Below are positions 24,507 to 36,757 of a stretch of 64,000 bases of DNA, piece after piece. The DNA is from Negaprion brevirostris (taxonomy: Eukaryota). The stretch lies in NCBI GenBank assembly GCA_030324005.1, contig JARDVH010000059.1:68891383-68955382 (forward strand), read 5' to 3'. Numbering within the stretch: the first letter of the stretch is position 1; every line of letters starts with the position of its first letter. The notes under the pieces are model-generated. The model saw only the letters and a program-made list of their open reading frames with translations. It did not search any database and had not been told where the DNA came from. The translations under genes and the position numbers were made by a program.

Positions 24507-27500
24507 TGCTTCTGACCTGCTGAGGGAGCCTCAATGGCCTCCGTGTCAACTGGCGAGGTATCATGTCTAATGGGGACCAGCTATGATTCTCACCGGACAG
24601 AAGCTCATCCAGCGAGGCCACAGAAGTAGGTGAGCCCAAATGATTGAGTCCCAGGCTAGCTAATGCCATTTAAATTAGCATTAAAATAAATTTAAATAAT
24701 TTATTCAGCCAGGCACTGGAAATGGACGCAAGGCTGATTGCGGCAGATATCTGGTACTGGTAAGATCACGAAAGGTGAGGAGTCAAGTGTGAACCTGACT
24801 TCTCGGCTCTCTCGCAATCTTACCAGCTCACCCCGCCCATCAGCTGATGGGGCGCGATAGTAAGATTGCCCCCATGATCTTTGCTTTGGTTAATGGTGAC
24901 CTGCTCACTCTGTGGGTGAGGTTTCCCAGCCCTTCCTGGCGGTGAGACAGGTGAACCAGCCAATGGTGAGCTACCCCTGCTGCTGCACTACACACTGTGG
25001 GGGAGGAGATGCTGAAAGATCCCACTCTGTGAACTTAAAGTCCACTGAGGAATAATAGCGATGTGGGGCGAAGCTTGATGCTTTTGACACCATCTCATGT
25101 TGCAAATACTGCTGCAAGTGAGATGCATTCTAAAATGCATGTTTTGGGCTCAGACACTAATACTAAGGAGACCCAAAATCCAGATGTTGCGAGAGTGTCA
25201 TAGCTGATAAGCTGCCCCCAACGATTACTGTACCATAAGGAACAAATATTGCCATCGTACACTCCTAATTTACACACATCTCCTTGACAACACACATAGG
25301 TTCAGAGAGTAATTGCACTGAGGCTGGCATCAAATGAATGGTATTTTTAAAATGGGTCACTCAGACTGAGCGTGCAAGTGGCTGGACCTCAGGTGATGGG
25401 GATTCCAAAGAGCAAAATCACCAGAACTTTCTCAGACACATCCAATGATATTTAGTGGATTTATTTACAGTGTAATTTATTTACAGAGATAGCATACCAC
25501 TGATCCAGAAATGAAATCAACATTTTAAAACTTTTTTAACCCTATCACTGCACCCTGGTGGAGCCTAGCCATCCATAGCAGAGGGGGAGGCAATCTGCTG
25601 ACTGCTACATCCCAGAGAGCCGACACCCATACCACAGATCACTGACAATGGACATAGTGAGCCAGCCCCCTGCCCCGCGAGTTAAGCCAGTGACCCCTGA
25701 CAGCTGCCAAACTCCTTCCCCTATCTCTATCACCTCCCCCAACTAACCGTACTCCCCCACCCCACATCCAGTTCTGCCCAGTTGTGTCCCTGGTGCTGAA
25801 TGGGGACAGTGGGGCTCACCTCCTCCCTCCCTCTCAGAGACTCTGGCACCTGGATCTCGAGTTGAGACAGCAGTAGTAATTAATGCCAGTGTGATATAAT
25901 GGCTGGTGGATGTGAAAATCCATTGAGAGTGGATGAGGCGACGTTTACGCCACCAAGTATATTATAATTGATGCAAATTCAAACAACTCAAACCCAGGAA
26001 GGATATGAAGATCATTTGATAGTAGAAGAGGAGGGGGCTGGAAGACTGCCATAGGAAATCATGCCAGCACAAATTAAATTTTGGCCTTACATGGGTTTTA
26101 ATGGGCATTATGAGACTTGCACCTGTGACTAACCTGGCTGCTGGATCATTGGCAAAGTAATTGAATAGAAATATATCTATGATGGGATTCAGACAATGTT
26201 TCAGAACTATGGNNNNNNNNNNCTCCAGTACTTATGGAGTGGTTTGTTTGGAGCAGAGGGGTTTGTGGATGGGAAATCTAAAAGTCCAGATTTCCCAGAT
26301 GTTCTACAGACGTTAGTGTGGACTGTCTTTGAAATTTCTCTGCAGGTTTCTCACTCAAGTCTCCTTGGCAGACCGTCTGCCTGTTTGGTGGTCGGCCACA
26401 CAGAGCAGATAAGGGGCAGGGAGAGAAGACAGAGAATGATGTGGGAGTGCTGTAGATCACGGCAGAGCCTGAGGAATACGGGCAGAAATTGCGGCTGAGA
26501 GATCACAGTCTCCGAGGGTTAGCTGGCTGTTAGGATTGAGAGCTGAAAGTTGAGGCTNNNNNNNNNNNNNNNNNNNNNNNNNNNNNNNNNNNNNNNNNNN
26601 NNNNNNNNNNNGGGGGGGGTGGGTGGTGGGTGCGTGGGGAGGAGATGGTGCCAGCACTGACTGTTGAGGGTTGGGGTGGGTGAGGATGGGGGATTGGAAC
26701 TCTGTGAAAGGAGTAGACCATCAGGGGTGTGACTGCGGTTGGGTGGTTCCTGCAGCAGGGTTGTTGAGTTGGACCTGTAGGGGTGGAATTCGTTTGGGTC
26801 AGGGGCAATCCCATTGGGAATGGAGGGGTTGAGGGGAAATACTGTGAGGGGAGTAGTTTGTGGATGAGAGGGTAGGAGGGGGTGGGGGACCCCAAGGGGG
26901 CAGGTGTTCAAGGACGTGGAGGAAGATGTGTGTGGAGGTTGGTCTGTGCCTTTACAAAGGTCATCCCAGAGGTTAGAAGAGGTTTTAATTCTTCTAACTT
27001 TTTCTGGGTAATTATTAATATAACACAGTTGAAAGTACCCAAAGCTTGCAATTTATATTACACCTTTAGAAAAGTTCCCTCCACAAAGCAATTGCACTGA
27101 GGAAGGTAGCACTTCTGGGCAATTGTTGTGCAAAGCCTTACCTTTGAGCTTCAGAGTGGAATTCCCCAGCACATGTTTGGAGTATCCACTAATTATGACA
27201 CTGGGGAGCTCGGAGGTTACGGCCCATGATAACAGGATTTATTACAACTGGAAGAGTTTTTAATTTACAATGGCACAGCATTAAAAGAATTGCAAGATGT
27301 TTTTCACAACTTAAGTAAGTAATAAATGACTGCCGAACACTCTTTACTATAAAGACAGTATATTTATTAAACTATTCTGTGGGTAACTACGTTGTGAGGT
27401 GTGCAGTATTTTCTGAAGACCCTCTTCACCATGATCTTTTATGCACACTGGTTCCAATTCATATTCTGGACTTACCAGTTTTAATTCCCTTTCAATGACC

Positions 27501-27838
27501 TTGTTGCGCTTTGGAATTGGCAGATCACATCATTTGCAAAGGTTAGGAGATTGGCACACTTCCCGTGTCCTTTCATTCAGGGTAGGTGGGGCAAAAATAA
27601 TAGACTGGATCAACTGCCATTAATCTAGAACATCATCCTTTGTAAGTCACGTATAATGTTCTGGATTATATTTCTTGGACTCACTTCCAACTTCAATCAT
27701 ATGGTACATAATGTTCAATACAAGATGAATGGTTATAATATGTTATTCTTAAAGGTGAGACACATAACATTATAAATCTTGATGTACAGTTCCTAACTCC
27801 TGCTGTTATTTATCAAGCAAAATCATTTCTCTCATCTT

Positions 27839-30195
27839 AGATGGGATTTTCTGCTCCAGAGACTGAGTATGGCAACAGGCAGGGAAAGCAGCACATTTCC
27901 TGAAGGTCGGAATGATGGGTTTATGCTCCAGATCTTCTGCTTTTCGGCCCATTAGCTATGCACGAGTAGGGAGAACATCAGTTCTCCTGGCAGAGCAGTC
28001 TGCGATTTGTCTGCCCCAATGTGACTTCATTGGATCACCTTTCCTGGCACCATATTTAAACAGCAGCTGCACACATCATTCACCGTCTGCAGCCCGGGAC
28101 TGGTCAAAGAACAAAGAACAAAGAACAACCCAGCACGGGAAACAGGCCCTTCGGCTCAACGAGCCCGCGCCGCCATCACCCTACACCTATTCTACCCTGC
28201 GTGTCTACTAATGGAACCCCTTCCTTAGCCAAANNNNNNNNNNNNNNNNNNNNNNNNNNNNNNNNNNNNNNNNNNNNNNNNNNNNNNNNNNNNNNNNNNN
28301 NNNNNNNNNNNNNNNNNNNNNNNNNNNNNNNNNCCCAGTACTGAGCCCTGCGGCACACCACTGGTCACTGGCCTCCAGCCCGAAAAGGTCCCCTCCACAA
28401 CTACCCTCTGTCAAAGTGACCGATGGCCCCAAGTGCCCCCAAGATCAGCAATAATGCACTGATGTGTGGGGGAGACACCACCAGCTCTGTCCTGTGCCTC
28501 AGTGGTGGGAGAATGAGATCCACTAACCTCACCACTTGGCCTTGGGAGGAGGTATCCAGCATGATCAGCGCTAATTCAGCATGGAAAAGGTCCGCCATCC
28601 AGTGTAGGCAAAGGATGAACGATCTCATCTGCTATGCCATGGTAAGTCAACCTTCTCCTCACTCTCAATTCTCAGTCTCACAATCCCATCAAACATTGAC
28701 AAGATTACATTCCATAGGAATCTCACATTATCCACACAAGGACACCATCAAGGATTCTCTCACACACACTTTGAAATATTCATCTCCCCTCACATCCTGT
28801 GTAGCTCAGGTCCTCAGCCCTAAAACAGGCACATTCAGATGGGAGGCATCCTTACTGTCTGCCTTGTTATCCGCCCTGTGCACGGTCTGTCTGTCCAACT
28901 GTCTTTATGCAGGAGAAGCTCACCCACAACAAAAGGGGAGATCTAAGACAGGACGGTAGCCTTACTGGTATCTGTTATATAGTTAAATAGTTACATGATT
29001 GCTTTCAGAGAAGAGCCTTGCTAAGTGGGGCATCAATGACCTCCTGTAGACATTTGTGAGCAGATGTTTGAAAAACTCCATGGTGCTCCCCAGTGGAACC
29101 CTGTAATGAACCACTCACAAAGAAGTTCAAAACTGCAGCCACTTTTAGAGCCATTGGTAAGGGGTGGCCTCTCAGTCCATCTGCCGTCAAATCCTCCTGG
29201 ACGATGTGACAAATGGGAGATACCACATCACCTGGCATATGAAGCTGTTGGTGACACTGTCTCTCACACATCTGGCGGTATGAGAAGCATTTTCTGTACG
29301 CCCTGTCTTGCCAAATGCCTCTGATCAGTGGCTCTGTCAGCCTCAGCTTTTGGGTGGTGAGGAGGCCCCGTAGACCCTTGTTCATCAGGGTGAGGCGACA
29401 GGCCCTTCTTCTCCTTTTTAGTTACCTAATTGCCAGGATGAAAGCAACATTGGCTGCTCCATTTATGTTTCTCTCGTGCTCATCCCTGCAGAAACATTGA
29501 ACAGAAAAATAATTGAGCATAAGCCTACAAAGGCTACCCTCCAATTGCTTTCTCGGAACTGACAATGGAGCCAAGGGCTTACTTTTATCCCCAGTGTAGG
29601 GCCTTCAGAATCACCTGAGGTGCACCCAGCACCCCAACACCCAGGCCCAACCCAGCGAAGGCCACTCCAATGACATGGGAGCTTGGATCTGTAGGAGTTC
29701 TGGTAGGCGCTAGAAGCCTCAGACAGGGCACATACTCAGATTGTATCCTTTGGTTTACACAGCAGCTCCTACTTGCAGTAATGGGTGGGATTTTGCTGGA
29801 GGCAGGTGGTTATGGTGATGCTGATGAGGGGGAGGTGGGGGGTGGGGGGAGGTAAGTGAGGACTCCAATATCCAAACCTGCCTGCTGCAAAGTTTAAAGG
29901 TCCCATGGGCATTAGGCATCTGCATTTTGGCCCCGGCTCCTCTCAGTTGGTTCCTCCGATGCTCGGGATTTCCCGTGAGAAGGGTGATGATTGTACAATG
30001 GGCCCAATTGGAATTATATTCCCACATCAATGCACGACATGCGTTAAGGCATCAAATTCCCTAAGTTGAGCATTGATTGCTCCTAAGCTGTGCCTTTCTC
30101 TCCATTAGGAAGATCAGAACTAAGTTGGGTGTATCTTCAGCCAGCCCGCAAGTGCAGTGATTGGTTTCTCACACAAACCCTGAGAACCTTGTCCT
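27839..30195. mobile_element. Internally deleted two-gene Harbinger transposon: Myb/SANT gene (+) convergent with a transposase (-)
   Basis: Plus strand 28423-28641 APKISNNAL...WEEVSSMISANSAWKRSAIQCRQRMNDL, with a GT-AG intron at 28642-28912 and exon 2 EKLTHNKR. Minus strand 29005-29385 SYRQMCERQC...GHPLPMALKVAAVLNFFVSGSLQGSTG. Outer limits approximate. Confidence 0.8.
28110..28409 (-). mobile_element. Young CR1 LINE, 5'-truncated in RT, with a gap
   Basis: 3' tail at the left, SGVPQGSVLG RT motif at the right. TSD gtcaaag at 28103-28109 and 28410-28416. Confidence 0.8.
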
Positions 30196-31108
30196 GGCAA
30201 TGTTCATTATACATTCGTTTTTAACTATGTAATTGGCTGGGTTGGAAAATGGTGGTGCTGTGGTTTTATTACTAAAGCAGCTGTGACTCTCCTCCTGTGA
30301 CTGTGGAAATGCCTCTCATTGTGTGAGGTTTCCCTCCTCCAATCACTCTCCTTCCCACTCTTGATTCCATCATTATAGTCATGGATATCCCTGTCCTACC
30401 CTCTGAACCACTTGATGGTGATGTTTCAGTGCCCACTATAGACCTGACTCCTCCCCGCCTATTTCACTGTGACCTACAGAGAGACTCCCCCATGAGACCA
30501 ATGAGTGCCCACCCCTACATTACCTCTTTCCCACATATACATATCTGAAGGGATAAAATATCAACAAAGAAATAAAGCAGTTTGCTAAATGACCTACTTA
30601 CTTCCAGATTGTGTTGCTATTCTGCTTCATTATTCCTGTTTTGATCCCCTTGTTTACTTAGTTTATTTCCAATGCTATTTGAAGTGGTTAACTGAAGCTT
30701 TCAAATGTCAGATTAGACTTCAGTCACACTCCTAATTTATTTATATTATTGTCAACTGCTCCAGCAAAAACATTCATTCCCTTTATGGCATTCTGTTTTT
30801 ACTTTCAAAGAATGCAAACAATTTATTTTACTTTTATTTCCTCTGTTTCTCTCCCTATGGGATTGTGTACCACCGTGGATTCTTGTTCACGATCCAGGCA
30901 GGATGGATTTGGATCAATATTTTACTGTCATTCACAGTAGCAAATGCTACTGGAATGCTGGCCACCATTTTGATAATATCCCTTGCAAAAGATAATAGAA
31001 TGAAGACCAAGTTTTGCATTTCTGGCCTATAACAGATTAAGTCAATGTGATAACTTCAGTCAGTTTAATATTTCACACAGCAGTTGTGGTGGAAAATCTA
31101 CAAACCAG

Positions 31109-31693
31109 AGGACATGATTTTCCCTGCCTGCTGTGCTGCTCGAGTTGCGCAGCAGGTTGGGAAATGGCAGCGGGAGGGAAAAAAATGGTATCCGTGACTG
31201 GTGTCTGGCCAGTTGTGATCTTCCTGGTCCATTTTTTTGACGTAATCAGCCTCACACTGGGAAACTGGGCAAGGCTGATTATAATATACAGAAGCTGCTC
31301 TGCATCTCTTTGGCAAGTCCTGGGCTTAATTGTCTGGGCTCACTAAAGTTTCCGGCCTTGCCATTGATGGGACCATATGTGATCCCCGCTGGTGGGACCA
31401 GAGGGGAGGGGGTGGGGGGGGTGGGGTTGGTGATCAGGACGCCAGCAATTGGGAGACTAGCAATGGGGGCGGAGGGAATGAGCTTGTTCTCCCAGTATAC
31501 TGGGAGATTGGCGCATACACACTAGCCCACTCTGCAGTCCGGTGTCAGCCTCTTGGGTGGGATTAGGCTGTGCTCCCTCTGCCACCTACCGGTGTAAATA
31601 CCCTGATGGCCTCTGTGATGCACAGAGTGCTGTAAATTCATTCATCTAAACTCACCCAAAAAACGGGCAGAAAAACTTTTGTATTCCTGCCCT
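31109..31693. mobile_element. Harbinger-type non-autonomous element
   Basis: ggacatgattttccc ... tattcctgccc termini. Confidence 0.5.
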
Positions 31694-32338
31694 TTGGACA
31701 TTTAGTTTATTTTTTGGGAAAATTGAGCCCTCTAGAAAGTCTGCAATTTTGCAATTCTAAATGGCAATATTTCAGTGAAATGTGAAACAATTGCTGCCAG
31801 AAATGTTTTCATCAGCTGCTCCTATCTTTTGCCATTTAAATCCCAAACCTGACCATTACCATCACAGTTAATAATTCCATTACACAAACAAAACTCATCA
31901 GCGTGTACTAAAATGATTGGATAGATTACAAACTTCATTGTGATGATATAAGATTAGGATCCTTCCTGAGATCTATGCAATAAGCATGATTCCCAGTTTA
32001 AATGTCTTCTGGTACAATGAAAAGACCAGAGAAACCTGGGTTCTTCAGTCTTGAAAAAAGGTGGCTGAGGGGGTCTGCTGTCTCCAAGAACCAAAGTTTA
32101 CCTTCTAATCAGCCCATTTCCACATTCACACTTCTGTTCCAGTCTGGAATTGGGGTTGTATTTTGGGAGTTGCACTTTGTGAGCTGGAGAGCTCAATCCA
32201 GGCCTGTTTCAAAACTTTAGAGTAGATTAGATATTTAGTTGAAGAAAAGGAGAATGAAGTGATACAGAAACAGAAGCAGACGCATAAGATTATGACCTGC
32301 ACCCAATTATTGGCCAGAACTTTCCAGTTCTTCATACT

Positions 32339-32521
32339 GGCAGGATTTTCTGGTCCCACCGTCGATGGTGCACCTCCGCCGTGGGTTTCCCAGTGGTGTA
32401 GGGTGGAGTTAATGGAATATCCCATTGACAGTGGCGGGACCAGAAGATCCTGCCACCGACCAATGGTTTGCCACCTCCTGCTGGGAGAAATGCACTCTGG
32501 GGAGGCTAGAGAATCCTACTC
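32339..32521. mobile_element. Harbinger-type MITE
   Basis: ggcaggattttctggtcccacc ... gagaatcctact, with an internal inverted copy gggaccagaagatcctgcc. Confidence 0.65.
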
Positions 32522-32958
32522 CTTATCTAAAGGCCTGTTCCATGTTGTAATTTCTATAGTACTCAATGTCTCATCCTAACAGTAGAAACAAATTAAGAAT
32601 CACTGTATGAGGAATTGTTAGCCTGATCACACAATCACTTGCGTCCCTGTTGTCTGCCTTTGAGTTCCACCACACAGTCTGAAGAAACAGGGATCTTTAA
32701 CTTTCTCAATATGAGAGAAAGATTATTTTTGAAGCAAGCAAACCCATATACCATAGTTAGTCTGTAGAAGTATAAATGTAATTCCTCGCACATTAGGCGT
32801 AGACTAAAATCATGAATAGGTCACTGACAATGGGACGGCGGCGCGGGCTCGTTGGGCCNNNNNNNNNNNNNNNNNNNNNNNNNNNNNNNNNNNNNNNNNN
32901 NNNNNNNNNNNNNNNNNNNNNNNNNNNNNNNNNNNNNNNNNNNNNNNNNNNNNNNNNN

Positions 32959-34271
32959 CGCAGTGCTGCCTCTCCAGCCACCCCCCACAGCCTAATCACA
33001 GCACCCACAACAATTCCCAGACCAGCCCTGACCCTGCCCCCCCCACACTGGCCCAGAGTGCCCCAATGCACAGCCCATCTCTCCAGCAGTGGCGATCCCC
33101 CCTCACCCTGGCAGCCCACCCCATGGAGGCAGACCGCCCTGGTAGACCACCCCCCCTTCCCCTGCCCACCTCAATCGCTGCCCTACCTCCATCCCAGATC
33201 GATCCTGTCTGCAGAGTGGCAGCGGATCTCCCCCCATCCCCACTGATCACCCCTAGGCTTTGCCCACAATAGGCCCTGCCCATTTGGCACTGTTCGTTGC
33301 ACAATAGGAAGTGCCAAGATGCCCCCTGGATATGGGCAGCTCTGGAGGCACAGGCTGGCACTGCCAGGGTGCCCATGCCCAGGGGCACCATCCCCTGCCA
33401 CTCAACACCCTGGAAAGTCCCGATTGCCTCCCCCTTTCATTTCAGCGGGATCTCTCTTTGGTTCCCCAAACGTGGGGAGCTGGTCTAAACCCCACTGGAA
33501 TGAAGTATTCCTGGCGGGATGGGAGATTGAATAGGGACCTGAAAGTTCCCAATAATCACACTTAAAACATATTAAAAATACATTTGAAACAGATTCAAAT
33601 TACTTACCTGCTTTCCCACCCGTTTCCAGCATGATCTGACCGATGACAACCTTATTTGTTCTCACTGGATGTTGAGGAGAGATGTGATAAAAGTCTACAA
33701 GATTATGAGGGGCATGGACAGAGGGGATAGTCAGAAGCTTTTTCCCAGGGTGGAAGAATCAATTACTAGGGGGCATAGGTTTAAGGTGTGAGGGGCAAGA
33801 TTTAAAGGAGATGCACAAGGCAGATTTTTTTTACAGAGGACGGTGGGTGCCTGGAACTCATTACCGGAGGAGGTAGTGGAAGCGGATATGGTAATGACTT
33901 TTAAGGGGTGTTTTGATAAGCATGTGAATAGGATGGGAATAGAGGAATATGGTCCCCGGAAGGGTTGGGTTCTTGTTAAGTCGGGCAGCATGGTCAGTGC
34001 AGGCTTGGAGGGCCAAAGGGCCTGTTCTTATGCTGTAATTTTCCTTGTTCTTTGATTGTTTGCCGGCTCTGCAAGATGCGCATGTGTTCCCAAGTGCTGT
34101 GTGCAAATATCGGCGGCGCACATCTCCCACTGAAACCCGTCTGAAAAATTGTGGGTTGCGATGGGAGAATCGCGGCCAAGGATTCAAGTGAGCACCAGGT
34201 TTAAATGTATATATTCTACATATTATTTGTAACTTTTTGGCGAAGTGAAAGCACTTCCAGGGAATCTCCCA
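32959..34271. mobile_element. GC-rich Harbinger-type non-autonomous element split by a CR1 insertion
   Basis: C-rich body with ggcactgcc motifs also seen at 43221-43900. Resumes after 34056 and ends gggaatctccc. Confidence 0.55.
33650..34055 (+). mobile_element. CR1 LINE 3' end
   Basis: LRRDVIKVYKIMRGMDR...TRGHRFKV...VGAWNSLPEEVVEA, then ggagggccaaagggcctgttc tail. Confidence 0.9.
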
Positions 34272-34297
34272 ACCTATTTTCCCAACTCCATTTTCAA

Positions 34298-34985
34298 ATT
34301 TGCTGATCTCAAACAATAGCAAGACAGAGTACAGGAAAGAGATAGAGAATAGGGTGAACTGGTGCGATGACTATAATCTCTCCCTCAATGTCAGCAAAAT
34401 GAAGGAGATAGTCATCAACTTCAGGAAGCATAGTGCAGGACATGCCCCTGTCTACGTCAATGGGGAGGAAGCAGAAATAGTTGAAAGCTTCAAGTTTCTC
34501 GGTGTCCAGATCACCAACACCCTGTCATGGTCCCTCCACAGTGACACTATAGTTAAGAAAGCCTACCAATGCCCCTACTATCTCAGGAATTTAAGGAAAT
34601 TTGGTACATCCGCTACGACTCTTACCAATTATTGCAAATGCAGCGTAGAAAACATCCTTTCTGGATGTATCACAGCTTGGTATGGTTCCTGCTCTGACCG
34701 AAACCGCAAGAAAATGCAAAGAGTTGTCTGTCATGCAAACCAGCCTCCCTTCCACTGATTCCACCTACACTTCTCGCTGTCTCAGAAAAGCACCCAACAC
34801 AATCAAGGACCCCATGCATCCCAGGCATTCCCTCTTCCACCAACTTTCATCGGGAAAAAGATACTATATTCTGAGACCAATCAACTCAAGAACAGCTTCT
34901 TCCTTGCTGCCGTCAGACTTTTGAACAGACCTACCTAACATTAAGTTGATCTTTCACTGCACCCTAAATATAACATTTTGCACCT
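34298..34985 (+). mobile_element. Rex1/Babar-clade LINE, 5'-truncated
   Basis: EYRKEIENRVNWCDDYNLSLNVSKMKEIVINFRK...FKFLGVQI...KKAYQ..YYLRNLRKF...GCITAWYG, IKDPMHPRHSLF. Confidence 0.9.
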
Positions 34986-34989
34986 TCTT

Positions 34990-35075
34990 CAAAGAGGGAG
35001 TCCCCTCAAAAGCTTGTGAGTTTACTAGCAAATAAATCGGTTGGACTAAAACCTGGTGTTGTCATACTTTTTACT
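34990..35075 (+). mobile_element. Penelope-like 3' terminal fragment with partial hammerhead (5' core truncated)
   Basis: GAGGG(agtc)CCCTC-aaaagcttgtgag...cctggtgttgtcatactttttact. Same subfamily as 472-658. Confidence 0.8.
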
Positions 35076-35199
35076 GTTGTTGCATCTCCAGCATTGTGTT
35101 GGTGGCCACTCACAGAGGCTCATTATCTAACCGGTATTCAGCATGTGGCTGGTCTTCAGCAACCCAACAAGTGCCGGAGACCTGAGCTGTCCCTGGCTC

Positions 35200-36410
35200 T
35201 TAATTGCTGTGGACGTATGTCAGAATGGTGTCCTCCAGTAGGTGCTACTAAGCCTAATCTAGATCTAAGGAATGAAGGTGTGTTTCTCTGGGCAGGTGAG
35301 TGGAGTAACAGTTCTTCCTTGGTAGCTTCCTGAAGGTAAGGCTTGTGCTGGCTCTCCTTGCCTACCTAGATCTGTTGGTGTCCATAAGAGAGAAAAGAGA
35401 GTTTTACTTCATGAGCAGATAGATTACAAGATTGTATGTCACTCACCATAAATGTCAGGATGCGGTGAACTCATGAAGGCGTCATTCATATAAGGTTACT
35501 GGGAAGAGCCAACTTGCCTTCCCCACAGGGAGTGATCTCTGTTCTCCCTTGCCAGTTCAGCGGCATCCTCCGTGAACCATGTGAAGAGTATGAGGCCAGT
35601 GTCCCTCCCTTGGACAGGGATGTTTCCCATCTATTGTGAGCCAGCTTGCCCTGGGTGAATGTGATGGGAAGGGATGCCCCCTGTGTGTGGTGAGCTCTCC
35701 CTAGAAAGAGCTAAGGAAGAAGTGTGATTAGCTTGAGAGATGGTGGTGATGTGAACTGGTGAACCAATCACTGGTGATATGTATCCCCCCCCAAATGGTT
35801 GTGTGAGATCCCTGAAGAGAGTAGCCTTTTGAGTACATGTTGCTATAATGAGAGTTTGATACTGGAAGGAGTTGAAGGATGGCTTACCCTGGTGGAGTGA
35901 TTGAGATTTTTCATCCTCTTCCTGCACTGGATTGTATTGCAGGTGTGCTCACCAGCCATGATGACCTCCTTTGCCCTGGCATCCCAAGCCATAGAGGTGA
36001 GGCTGGTTTGCTTCTTGGAGCCATCTATGAGGTATAGCTCATACTTATGCTGTCACACTTCACAAATCAAAGTCTTGAGGGTGTAGGGACAGAAGAAAGG
36101 TGCAGCCTTCTCCATCTGGTTACTAGCTGTCTTTGTGGGTGTCCTGGAAGCAACTGGGCCACATGATGTGTGCATGCTCTGGTGGTAATTAAATATGGTG
36201 TCTGGACCTTTGACCCTGTCAGGTAATGGTGGGATGGACAAATCAGTTCCCAACCCACCAGGTGATCCAGAGAGCTAGTCATTTGTGTATAATTAATGAG
36301 TTTCCAAGCACGGAAACAAGCGCAATTTCTCACCATTCGAATCAGCAGAAGATGTACTGCAAAACCCACATCCCATAGCGTTTAGCTTCAAAAACAGAAA
36401 ATACCGCACA
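35200..36410 (-). mobile_element. Harbinger Myb/SANT gene relic with putative introns
   Basis: Minus-strand MEKAAPFFCPYTLKTLICEV and TIQCRKRMKNL. GT donors (cttacc/ctcacc on +) near 35883 and 35442. Confidence 0.7.
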
Positions 36411-36757
36411 AAATGTGAATAAACTATACTCCTGATTTAACCCTAAAGAGAGTTTGCTGTGATATTGTTATAAAGTTTACCTCACACGTCTGCATAGAAA
36501 CCAACAGCGAGAAAACACAGATGCTCTGTTTTGTCTCCCTCCCCATTTCTATTTAATTTGTAGAGGGATGTTAGTTCACATTGCTCCACTTTGAGTATTT
36601 GACTCATCTACCCCTTCTAGTTTGCACAGTCTGTTCATGTAAAGAATGCAGCAGGTAACATGTTCTTTGATCTATGTTACTACTTCTTTAGTGTCAGCTT
36701 CAAGGATATTTGAAAGAGTAGCAAGGTAGCAGTATAACCCTGGACCTTTGCCTAACA

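Noticed and set aside
23805-24669. 236-aa ORFs on both strands, and similar ORFs at 57348-58121, 10650-10974 and 48548-49159
   Set aside because: Length is due to N-runs translated as X; flanks are repeats
27476-27508. 33-nt minus-strand exon candidate RNKVIERELKL with GTAAGT donor
   Set aside because: Weak acceptor; too short to distinguish from chance
34981-34993. Non-canonical hammerhead core (cttcttcaaa)
   Set aside because: These bases align with the Rex1 3' UTR (compare 41148-41162), so the Penelope fragment is simply 5'-truncated
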